Source of the DNA: a phage
Strand: one strand, 5' to 3'
DNA length: 64,000 nucleotides
NCBI GenBank assembly: GCA_031520405.1
Contig: GCA_031520405.1_4842.1
Numbering within the stretch: the stretch's first letter is position 1; each line of letters opens with the position of its first letter. Positions 49,415-59,400 of the stretch are shown one piece after another. The notes under the pieces were generated by a model, which was not told the origin of the DNA, did not search any database, and saw only the letters and a program-made list of their open reading frames with translations. The translations under genes were made by a program, and so were the position numbers.

Positions 49415-51328
49415 ATGATTTCTCAATTCAATCAACCACGCGGCTCCACTTCCATAGAAGTTAACAAACAATCTATCGCTCGAAATTTCGGTGTCAAAGA
49501 AGACGAAGTCATTTATTTCACTGTCGGTATTGATCTCAGCGGATTTAAAGTAATTTATGATGAGTCTACCCAACGGGCTTATTCTCTTCCTTCGGGTATT
49601 GTTTCAGGAACGATTGCGATAAGTCTGAACGAACAAGCCATCCTTACTCATTCTTCTGGCTCTGTTGACCTTGGGGAATTAGCAGTAAGCCGCGAAGAAT
49701 ATGTGACTTTACCTGGTTCTTTTAATTTCGGTCATACCATTAATGTGAAAAATGAACTTCTTGTTCACGATGATAAAAAATATCGATGGGATGGTTCTTT
49801 GCCAAAGGTAGTTGCCGCTGGTTCTACACCCGATAACTCAGGCGGTGTTGGTTTAGGTGCATGGTTGAGTGTTGGTGATGTATCATTGAGAGCGGATTTG
49901 GCTAGTGGCACACTTGGTAAAGGTGCGAATCTTTTGACATATAAGTCACAAGTATCAAACTCGGTTGCTATAAGCCAACAAATTAAAAATAGTGAAAGGG
50001 TTTCTGTTTTTGAGTATTTGGCTAAGCCTATTCCTGGTTTTGATAATGCATCAGCATTCGCTGCTATGAAAGCTGATGCTGAAGCAGGTGTTGTAATAAC
50101 AGTACCTTCAGGAGTATATGAAACATCTGAACCACTGAGATTCACAAAACCTGTTCAAATATGGTTTGATGTAGGAGTGCGAATAAAACTTACATCTGGT
50201 GCACATGACCATGTTGTGGAAATAGATTTACGTGGACAAGATGAGGGGTATTGGGGGTATAAACCTTTCTTTGGTGGTGGCAGGGTTATTCTTGATGGTC
50301 TTGGTCATGCTAAGTACGGGCTATCACTTCGTGGCGTAATATCTGGTGGTTTTCCTGGTATTCAAGCAACCAATATAACAACTGCTGGGTTATATCTGGC
50401 TTGGACTCAATGCTGTACATACACTGATTTTATTTGCTCTAATAACGTGGAGGTTTTCACAACAAAACCCCTGCACGGTATTTTAGTAGATAAAGATAAC
50501 AATCCGTCAAATCCACGTGGTACATCATGCGATATCTTTATTAACCCATGTGTAGAGCACACTGCGGGTGATGGGTTTGTAGGACTAAGCCTGATGAACT
50601 CAATGGTTATAAACGGAACAATCGAGGGAAACCTTGGCGCAGGCATTTCATTGGGGCATCCTACAGATAATACTTACACTGCACTGGGTAATACATTTCT
50701 TGGTATTGACCTTGAGGTGAACACGCTAACTGATATTGTGATTAACAAGTTTTCACACATGAACGAGTTCATAGGACTCAAATCAGGTTATTCATCTCCA
50801 TCAGTTCAGGTCAGAGGTTTTCGTAACTATTTCTCTGGAGGTACTGTTAGCGATTTCGACTTCAGGCCAGATAGCCATGACAACCACGTACAGGATGTAA
50901 CACTTTTAGCTGAGTTTCCTGTTGTTAATGATGAAGGGATAAGAAACACTTATGAAAGATTATGGAATCTTAACAATGCTCAAGTTAACGTAAGCACAAA
51001 CCCTGTTAACACAAGAAGCAATCAGCCTATAGCGGGAGGTGAGACAGTAACGTTAGACCCATATAAAGCATCCTATGTTGTATGCACCGCAACAGGAACA
51101 CCTATTAATATAGTTTCTGCCACCAAAAAATTAGATGGAGCAAGAATAGATTTGACAATTCACAATGCATCAGGAACAGATTCATTAGTCATTAACTGGG
51201 CATCAGATATTAGAGTTGGCAATTTTACTCCTCCACCAGCAGGTAAACATAAGGGGTTATCACTAAGATATGATGCTAATTACGGTTATTGGACTGTAGT
51301 TGGTGTTGGACTGGACGCTTTATCGTGA
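49415..51328 (+). CDS. tailspike protein, 637 aa
   Basis: N-terminal shared module (VKEDEVIYF...YRWDGSLPKVVAAGSTP...GGVGLGAWLSVGD) followed by beta-helix-like region. Confidence 0.7.
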   Translation: MISQFNQPRGSTSIEVNKQSIARNFGVKEDEVIYFTVGIDLSGFKVIYDESTQRAYSLPSGIVSGTIAISLNEQAILTHSSGSVDLGELAVSREEYVTLPGSFNFGHTINVKNELLVHDDKKYRWDGSLPKVVAAGSTPDNSGGVGLGAWLSVGDVSLRADLASGTLGKGANLLTYKSQVSNSVAISQQIKNSERVSVFEYLAKPIPGFDNASAFAAMKADAEAGVVITVPSGVYETSEPLRFTKPVQIWFDVGVRIKLTSGAHDHVVEIDLRGQDEGYWGYKPFFGGGRVILDGLGHAKYGLSLRGVISGGFPGIQATNITTAGLYLAWTQCCTYTDFICSNNVEVFTTKPLHGILVDKDNNPSNPRGTSCDIFINPCVEHTAGDGFVGLSLMNSMVINGTIEGNLGAGISLGHPTDNTYTALGNTFLGIDLEVNTLTDIVINKFSHMNEFIGLKSGYSSPSVQVRGFRNYFSGGTVSDFDFRPDSHDNHVQDVTLLAEFPVVNDEGIRNTYERLWNLNNAQVNVSTNPVNTRSNQPIAGGETVTLDPYKASYVVCTATGTPINIVSATKKLDGARIDLTIHNASGTDSLVINWASDIRVGNFTPPPAGKHKGLSLRYDANYGYWTVVGVGLDALS

Positions 51329-51372
51329 CATCACCAACATTATAAAATGATGTTGTTGCTGTTAAAATTTAA

Positions 51373-51402
51373 ATAACCCCTCTTCGGCGGGGTTCTTATT
51401 AT
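51373..51402 (+). terminator. rho-independent terminator
   Basis: hairpin aacccc-tcttcggc-ggggtt then cttatt. Confidence 0.5.
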
Positions 51403-51475
51403 ACCTTTGTTCATAAATTTTATTAGTTCAGACTAAATACCCCATATTGGCAAATCCTTTATGGGGTATTTTCAA
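51376..51475 (+). repeat. intergenic repeat element copy 2
   Basis: near-identical to 49318..49414; hairpin arms carry compensatory change (taccccata/tatggggta). Confidence 0.7.
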
Positions 51476-54241
51476 ATGACCAGAAATGTAGAAGAATTAT
51501 TCGGCGGCGTAATCACAGCTCCTCACCAGATTCCTTTCACGTATAAATCAAATGTCGGTGGAGAAACTTTCCTTTCTTTGCCGTTCCATCCCGTCACTGG
51601 TGTTATCACAATCAACGGTGGTATGCAAGTTCCGTTAGACAACTTTGAAATCGAAGGAAATACGTTGAATCTCGGGCGCGCATTGTCCAAAGGCGATGTT
51701 GTGTATTGCTTATTCGATAAAATTCTTTCGCCAGAAGATACAGCCAAAGGTATCCGCATATACAAATTTCAGGCCGTGGGAGGTGAAACCGAGTTCACTC
51801 CTGATTTCACATCCTATGGTGTCCAATCTCTTTATATCGGTGGCGAGTACAAAACACCCGAAATTGAATATTCCTATAACAGCACGACAGGGAAAGTGTC
51901 TTTGCAAACTGCACTGACTGCAGGCGTTTGGGTAGTCGCTGAAATGTCTGTTAAACAACCGAATATCAGTCCGGCGTTTGACCGAAGTATTCAAGAAATC
52001 GCCCGTTCTGCTAATGTAAAAGACTCTGAAGTCATCGTTAGTACGGACACCATATCTTTGTTGGATGGGAAGAAAGTTGTTTATGATATAGCGACGCAAA
52101 CCAGTTATGGTTTACCAACCATTCCTGATGGTTCTGTCATTTCTTCTGTATCTGCTGGGAAATTGAATTACAACCCAGGTGATGTGCAGGTTGATTTGTT
52201 GCCTTTAGAAGATTCATTTATTAATGTGATAAACACTCTGGGGCGCAATGATGGTGCCAAGTATATTGGAGAATGCCATTCTGTTGCTGATCTCAGGAAT
52301 ACTGAACCCACTATGGATGGACAACGCATTATTCTTAAGCAACACACTGCGGGTACTCTTCTTGGTGGAGGGGTATTCCGTGCGTTAATTGATGGTACAG
52401 GAAAGACTGATAATAACGGTACTGTGATCAAAACTGTTGGCGGCGCGGCATGGTTACGTGTTAATGCTGATAGAGTTAACCCATTCATGTTTGGTGCTTT
52501 GGGTGGTTCTAATGATGATACTATTCCAGTACAATCTTGTGTGGATAGTGGTAAGGCCACACAATTAACTGATGCACATTACGTTAGCAATATCCAGTTA
52601 AAATATAATACGTCGTCTATTTATGGGTCTGGATTACATTACTCAAGGTTGCATCAGTTGCCTTCTGCTACTGGGAATTGTATTACCATAAAAGATACAT
52701 GCTCCCTTATTGTATTAGACGCCTTTGGGGTATATGGCACAGGTGCACAACAAGGCATGCCATTTACTGCGGGCACAACAGGTATCTATGTAGAAACTCC
52801 TTCAGGTCTCTCAGCCGATTATCCGTTCCACACTACCGCAGACCCAAGACGCGACTTGTGTATTTCTAAGGTCCATATAGCAGGTTTTGATGAATATGGG
52901 TTAAATATTGATAGTGGTAACTTTAGTGTTACTACAGATTCTCTTTTAGTCAACCACATCAATCAGGTGGGTGTCCGTTGTGCTACTACTGATTGGACTT
53001 GGACAAATATCCAGGTTAATACCTGCGGTAAACAATGTCTGGTTCTTGATGGTTGTGGTAATGGTCGTATTATTGGCGGTAAATTCATTTGGGCTAACTG
53101 GCAACCTTATGGTACAGTAGGACAGTTCCCAGGCATTACTATTAATAACAGCCAGAATATGGTTATTAATGGTATTGAGGTACAAGATTGTGGCGGGAAT
53201 GGCATTGAGATTAGCGATTCATATTCAATTTCCATGAACGGATTGAACACCAATCGTAACGGCATCAATGCTAACAACACTTTCTACAACATCGTATTTA
53301 ACAAAAGCGATGCAGTTATCAACGGATTCGTAGGACTCAATTATGCCGCGAATAGTGGTTCAGGTGCTAACTCTAGTGCAGGCAATTTTCAGTTCCTGTC
53401 TAATGATTGTAGTGTCACCATTAATGGTGTGGTTGAGACTGGTTATATGGGCATTAACTTTATTGGTGATAACAATATTATCAACCCCACCAATTCCGAC
53501 CTGAGCATTAACGGATTGGTTAATTATTCCAAGACTGGTTTGCAAACCATGAACGAGACCCCTACATTTGATGGTGTTAGCACTACACCTGTTTATGTAA
53601 GTGTCCCATCTTCTGTAGGGCAAGTAAATGGTCTGAGACTATCACAAGCCAACAAAGATAAATTACTGTATTCAAGAACAGCAGGTCCAGAAGGTATTAC
53701 CATGGCTGCTGTTGTAGTACCCACCATATCTGGAGCTGAAGTATTTAACTTCATGGCCATTGGTTCAGGGTTTAGTGATACATCCAACAGTCTTCATCTT
53801 CAATTAGTTATAGACGCTTCTGGAAAACAAACAATTGCTTTGCTATTGGGGGGCGATGGTACAACCCAAATTTTATCTGGGGATTTACCTAACGACCTTA
53901 AACTACAAAGTGGTGTACCATATCATATAGCTATTGGTGCTAAACCTGGATATTTCTGGTGGAGTATTCTTAATATTCAGACGGGTAAGAGAATCAGACG
54001 GTCATTCCGAGGCGCTTATTTAGCCGTACCATTTAATTCTATATTCGGATTAACTTCTTCATTAACATTCTTCTCGGATAGCAATGCTGGTGGGGATGCT
54101 TGTTCTGGGGTTGGTGCTAAAGTGTATGTTGGTATGTTCTCTTCTGAGAACGATTATGTAGCTTCACGATACTACAACCTGATTAATCCTGTAGACCCTA
54201 CTAAGTTAATTAGTTACCGTATATTGGATTCTTCTATTTAA
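51476..54241 (+). CDS. tailspike protein, 921 aa
   Basis: start set at ATG following UTR hairpin (track 51461); internal shared module (ARSANVKDSEVIV...) and long beta-helix-like repeats. Confidence 0.65.
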   Translation: MTRNVEELFGGVITAPHQIPFTYKSNVGGETFLSLPFHPVTGVITINGGMQVPLDNFEIEGNTLNLGRALSKGDVVYCLFDKILSPEDTAKGIRIYKFQAVGGETEFTPDFTSYGVQSLYIGGEYKTPEIEYSYNSTTGKVSLQTALTAGVWVVAEMSVKQPNISPAFDRSIQEIARSANVKDSEVIVSTDTISLLDGKKVVYDIATQTSYGLPTIPDGSVISSVSAGKLNYNPGDVQVDLLPLEDSFINVINTLGRNDGAKYIGECHSVADLRNTEPTMDGQRIILKQHTAGTLLGGGVFRALIDGTGKTDNNGTVIKTVGGAAWLRVNADRVNPFMFGALGGSNDDTIPVQSCVDSGKATQLTDAHYVSNIQLKYNTSSIYGSGLHYSRLHQLPSATGNCITIKDTCSLIVLDAFGVYGTGAQQGMPFTAGTTGIYVETPSGLSADYPFHTTADPRRDLCISKVHIAGFDEYGLNIDSGNFSVTTDSLLVNHINQVGVRCATTDWTWTNIQVNTCGKQCLVLDGCGNGRIIGGKFIWANWQPYGTVGQFPGITINNSQNMVINGIEVQDCGGNGIEISDSYSISMNGLNTNRNGINANNTFYNIVFNKSDAVINGFVGLNYAANSGSGANSSAGNFQFLSNDCSVTINGVVETGYMGINFIGDNNIINPTNSDLSINGLVNYSKTGLQTMNETPTFDGVSTTPVYVSVPSSVGQVNGLRLSQANKDKLLYSRTAGPEGITMAAVVVPTISGAEVFNFMAIGSGFSDTSNSLHLQLVIDASGKQTIALLLGGDGTTQILSGDLPNDLKLQSGVPYHIAIGAKPGYFWWSILNIQTGKRIRRSFRGAYLAVPFNSIFGLTSSLTFFSDSNAGGDACSGVGAKVYVGMFSSENDYVASRYYNLINPVDPTKLISYRILDSSI

Positions 54242-54245
54242 AAAT

Positions 54246-54272
54246 ATACCCCTCTTCGGAGGGGTCTTTACT
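54246..54272 (+). terminator. rho-independent terminator
   Basis: hairpin acccctc-ttcg-gaggggt followed by cttt. Confidence 0.5.
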
Positions 54273-54292
54273 AGAAAAACAATGAGGTACTT

Positions 54293-56338
54293 ATGAACGA
54301 AATGTTTAGTCAAGGTGGTAAAGGTTCGACTGGAATCTTAACCAATAAACAAGCAGTAGCCAGACACTTTGGTGTTAAACAATCTGAGGTTGTTTATGCC
54401 AAATCAGGACAGTCCTTGTCTGGTTATAAAGTGATCTACGATAAGGTATCTCAACGTGCCTACGCTCTCCCTTCTAACATTGGTACTGTAACGGTCACTA
54501 GTTTAGTCGACGGCATTCTCACGCACTCTGGAGGCACCGTAGATTTGGGTGCATTGGCTGTGTTAAGGGAAGAGTATGTTACTCTTGTTGAAAATTTTAC
54601 TTCTGGATTTACGATTCGTGTCAAGAACGAAGTCGTGAGCGATGGGGTGAGTCTATATCGTTGGGATGGTGCTTTACCTAAAACCGTTGCACCTGGCTCA
54701 ACACCTGAAACAACTGGTGGCGTTGGTTTAGGTGCATGGTTGAGTGTTGGTGATGCCACATTAAGAAGTGAATTAACATTGAATGTTTCAGATATTAATG
54801 GATTGATTAACGTTAATACAAGAAACAAAAATTTCATGTATGTTACATCATCGTTTCGAGGGGGTGGAGGTGCTGGTGTATATGTATGGAATCCCACAAA
54901 AAATAAATCATTACATAACGGAGCGACTATCATAGACCCATCAAGGACTCTACCGATAAACTGGGATTCTCAGTCGCAAATAGATGATTGGTTTACAATT
55001 TCATCCACAGATGGGGTGGGATGTTTTGAATTAATTGAGGGGGAGAGCTCGGTTAATCCATTGCAGTGGGGCTGCTTGGGCGATTCATCAAAAGACAACC
55101 CACATAGTGGGTATGATAACTCTTTAATATCTGATTATGTTGATGACTACGCTGAATCAGTAAATAAAACAGTATTTTGGCCTCACGGTATATTTAGATT
55201 CACTGGTCCACAGCAAAGAAAGACAAGGCATGATGGACATGAATACATTAGAATGAATAGTGAGTTTTCTACTGTTTTTATTATTGACAATCAGACGCCA
55301 ATAACTTTTCTAAAAGGAAAAGGGATTGGGACCGACCATCAGAAACTGTATGCCCACGGTTCAAGAGGAATAGAATATATTGGCAACCCTAAACGAATCC
55401 ATACTCTTCTTGATGCATACATGTACACGACATCATGGAAGCATTTTGCTGTTCGTGGATTTAAATATGGATTTGATATAAATTTTGTCTCTTTCCATAT
55501 TCAGAATTTCTATTTTACTGATAATGAAATTGGAATTTACCCAAAACCACTAATGCCGCCATTGCAAGCTGCCGCACCAAGTACAATGCTATCATTATCT
55601 TACGGTGCATTTGATTTCAGTAAGAATGGAATAGTATTCACTGAGAGATTTGGGCTTGGCGAGGCAGAAAACGTCATAAACGTAAATCTATCTTCTGTTG
55701 TGTTCGAACAAAATGAATTTGACGGATTCAGTTGTGCTAACTATCCATTACCTGTCGGTGTGAAAAACGCCAACAACAGGGTTATGAACCTTACAGTAAA
55801 TAATTGCTGGGCTGAACTTAACGGTAGAGCTGGTTTCAACTTCGAGAACGCTGACGTAACTGCGAATTCATTGAGAATAAATGAAGCGGATGAATTGATT
55901 TATCCAGCAGGGGCAAGGACATACTCTATTGATGTAAATGGTGTAAGGGAAACAAACGTACTAAAATCGTCACTTTATGGAGCGCATAATATAGAAGCTC
56001 CGGTATCTGGTCAAATGATAATAAAACCAGATGGTAGCATTTATTCTGGTGCGACAATGCCTTTTACTGTTACAAAGACATCGGAAGGTCAATTTAAATT
56101 AACGAATGCATCATCTACTCAGGGGTTTCAATACGTATCAATAGAGGTTATGCCATTCGATAGAGCAAGGATTGATACTGTTGTGACATGTGACCCATCA
56201 GATGTCGCAGCGTTCGTTCAGTTTGGTACAATATCAAGCTATAAGATTGAATTTACATCGAGAGGCACATCTACATTTGTAACTCCAGAGGCTGGTTTCG
56301 CAGTTAAATTCTCATGGGTTCACCCTCTTAATAATTAA
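54293..56338 (+). CDS. tailspike protein, 681 aa
   Basis: N-terminal shared module (VKQSEVVYA...YRWDGALPKTVAPGSTP...GGVGLGAWLSVGD). Confidence 0.65.
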   Translation: MNEMFSQGGKGSTGILTNKQAVARHFGVKQSEVVYAKSGQSLSGYKVIYDKVSQRAYALPSNIGTVTVTSLVDGILTHSGGTVDLGALAVLREEYVTLVENFTSGFTIRVKNEVVSDGVSLYRWDGALPKTVAPGSTPETTGGVGLGAWLSVGDATLRSELTLNVSDINGLINVNTRNKNFMYVTSSFRGGGGAGVYVWNPTKNKSLHNGATIIDPSRTLPINWDSQSQIDDWFTISSTDGVGCFELIEGESSVNPLQWGCLGDSSKDNPHSGYDNSLISDYVDDYAESVNKTVFWPHGIFRFTGPQQRKTRHDGHEYIRMNSEFSTVFIIDNQTPITFLKGKGIGTDHQKLYAHGSRGIEYIGNPKRIHTLLDAYMYTTSWKHFAVRGFKYGFDINFVSFHIQNFYFTDNEIGIYPKPLMPPLQAAAPSTMLSLSYGAFDFSKNGIVFTERFGLGEAENVINVNLSSVVFEQNEFDGFSCANYPLPVGVKNANNRVMNLTVNNCWAELNGRAGFNFENADVTANSLRINEADELIYPAGARTYSIDVNGVRETNVLKSSLYGAHNIEAPVSGQMIIKPDGSIYSGATMPFTVTKTSEGQFKLTNASSTQGFQYVSIEVMPFDRARIDTVVTCDPSDVAAFVQFGTISSYKIEFTSRGTSTFVTPEAGFAVKFSWVHPLNN

Positions 56339-56342
56339 TATA

Positions 56343-56372
56343 AAAACCCCGCTAATGCGGGGTTTTATTTCT
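56343..56372 (+). terminator. rho-independent terminator
   Basis: hairpin aaccccgc-taat-gcggggtt followed by ttatttc. Confidence 0.6.
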
Positions 56373-56392
56373 ATCTGTTTGTTGGCTGTATA

Positions 56393-56399
56393 CTAAATA
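56393..56399 (+). promoter_or_regulatory. late-promoter-like CTAAATA box
   Basis: taCTAAATAt 34 nt upstream of ATG 56433. Confidence 0.4.
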
Positions 56400-56432
56400 T
56401 CTCTATAAAATGGCACTCGATGGAGCATCAAA

Positions 56433-59400
56433 ATGCAATCTACAAATTTAAACCGTCGCCCGTATTGGGATGACTGGAATCCTGGGAAACGTTTTTCACG
56501 GATTCTTTTTCGTCCGATGCCTATCAAGGTTCAGACTCGCGAACTGAACCAGATGCAGACTATTCTTCAGGATCAAATTGAAAAACTGGGCAACCATTTG
56601 TTCAAAGATGGTTCTATGGTTATCCCTGGCGGTCTGACGATCACTAACGCCGCAGTCTCTTTGAAATTCACTTTGGCGGGTGGTACTGAATTCACTGATC
56701 TGGAAGGTATTTCTGAACTCTACGTTTTGGGGAAAGACAATAACGCCAAAGCGCGTGTGCTGTCTCTTGAACGTGATCTGTCTGCTCCTGATACAATGCT
56801 GGCTATCCTTGAGATGACTGAAGCGGGTAATGCTGACGGATTCCATGTTAACGATAATCTGTATTTCCAGACTTACGACGTGAATGATAATTTCATTCGT
56901 ATTGGTTATGGTATCGCAGCTGCAGTGACTGGTTCTATCGTCGCTCGTATGACGAAAGGCGTTTACTTCATTCGTGGGATGTTCCTAGACGTTGATGACG
57001 CAACTCTTATCGTTGACAAAACTTCTAACATCACTTCCCACCGCATCGGATTTAAAGTCACCGAAACCATTGTCACTGAAACAGAAGATGAATCCCTTTA
57101 TTCAAATGCTCAGGGAACGATTAACTCCAAAGCCCCAGGCGCTCATCGTCTTCGAATAGATCTGGTCTTATCTCGATTTGATTATGATGCTGTGGTTGAA
57201 GACTTTGTTGAACTGGCCAAAGTTCGTGATGGTAAAATCCAGTCTATGGTGACTCAGTCCACCTATAATATTCTGGAAGACACGTTGGCCCAACGGACGT
57301 ATGAAACCAACGGCGATTACAACGTTTCGACCCATCAGATCGATATCCGTGAACACCTGAAAGTCAATAACAATGGCGGGGTATTCGGTGCTGCTGATGG
57401 CGGTGACGAAAGTAAATTCGTGTCTGTAATGAAACCAGGTATTTCCTATGTTCGTGGTCGCCGTATCGAAAACGTCGGGGAAGAGTTGGTGATCGTTGAT
57501 AAGGCGCGGGATACCGATGTCCTGAATAACACCCCTGTTGCGGTGGCCACAGGCAATTATCTGGTCACCAAGAATTCTAAAGGTGTGCCAGTGATATCCC
57601 GCACCGTTCGATACAAATTACTGAATGCTTCAGGCGTTACCCAGGCTACAGCACTTTGTATATCAGCTGAACGTAATTCAACAGAATTTCGTCTGTATAT
57701 GCGCGACCTGGTCGTTACTGGCGATGCATCCACTATCACCAAAGTGTCTTACGAAGAAAGCGGTATCACCATGTTCTCTGCTGAACTGGAATCCAATCAG
57801 TTTAACCAGAGTTCTATGATAGATCTGATCTTCTCTCTTCCGGTATTCGGTGTCAAGACTTTAGCACCAACTGGCTCCGTGGATATCAACTACACTGTTC
57901 TCAGAACGTATAAAGTGACGCTAGACAGCAGTGGTTCTGGTTCTATTTCAGCCCCGCTGGGATATAGTTTTTCCCCAGAATTTTCGTTATACTCTGCAGC
58001 GAAATCTGATGGTTCTGAAGCGCAGTTCGATATCTCTGGTTCTTTGTCTTTGACTGGTTCTCCGGTCGGTTCGGCGCTGCAGATTTCTCTGGGCAGTGGT
58101 AATGCTAACCAGTCAATCAATTTGCTGGCGCTGATGATTCGTACCACGGCCACAATCAAAACGAAGACCATCACTGAAACAACTGAAACAGTGACGTTCA
58201 CCTCGCAGACTAGCCGCCCTTTGGCGAATCACGATGGTTGGAAATTGGTGTCGGTCAAAAACGATACTGGCGCAGACGTGACCTCCAGCTTCGTCCTAGA
58301 TGGCGGACAGCGTGATGCAGGGTATTACAAGTCTAACTTGTTATCCAGCGCTGGAGCAATCTCAGGGACGTATACAGTGGTGTATCAATACTTCGCCCAC
58401 AGTTCCGGTGATTTCTTCTCTGCTGATTCGTATACTTCGATGGATTATAAAGATATCCCGAATTATACATCTTCTACATCAGGCGCGGTGTACGGCCTGG
58501 CAGATAGTTTGGATTTCCGTCCGAAAATCACCAACGGAACTTCTGACACAGATATGGTTCGTCCAAACACTGCAGTTATTCTGGACACAGAATATTATCT
58601 GCCGCGTATTGACGCGATTTATCTGGCAGACAACGGTGTGTTTGGTGTGGCTCGAGGCATTAGTTCTAATAATCTGGCTTCTCCAGCAATCCCAGCGAAC
58701 GCCATGCGTTTGTATGAATTGTTGATCCCGCCGTATACACCGAATATTGATGATATCCAAATTCGAACTATTGATAATCGTCGTTATACGATGCGCGATA
58801 TCGGTAAACTGGAAACCCGTATTTCCAATGTTGAATACTATACCTCTCTGTCACAGCTGGAATCTTCAGCGATGACACAGCAAGTGTTTGACCCCATTAC
58901 GGGTAATCCTCGTTTCAAAAATGGTATTGCAGCTGATCCGTTCAAAGACTTCCGGTTGATTGATGACTTGTCTGAAGATTGGATGGGTTCTATCGATACC
59001 GAAAACGGACGTCTGCGCCCGTTTGTACAACAAAACGTTGTTGACATGACTCCGGTTGGCTGGAACAAAGTGATGGATGGGATGGTGGTTTGTAATTACA
59101 CGCCTGAAATCTCGGTGAACCAAGAATATGCGACGACGACGATCAACGTTAACCCGTATGCAGTATTCAATTGGGAAGGTTTCTTGAAGATTAACCCGAC
59201 CACAGACTACTGGTTCGAAAACTATTATGTTTCACCGCGTATTATCAATGAAACGATCAACACCCGTGGTACTGTACAAGAAGGTTCAGTGTATGGAACA
59301 TGGCGTACTGTTTCTGTTTCTGATCGTGTTTGGGAACCGCATGGTGCTGGTGGTGTGTGGTGGGGATATCGTTACCGCACGACTGTTTCTGCCCGTGATG

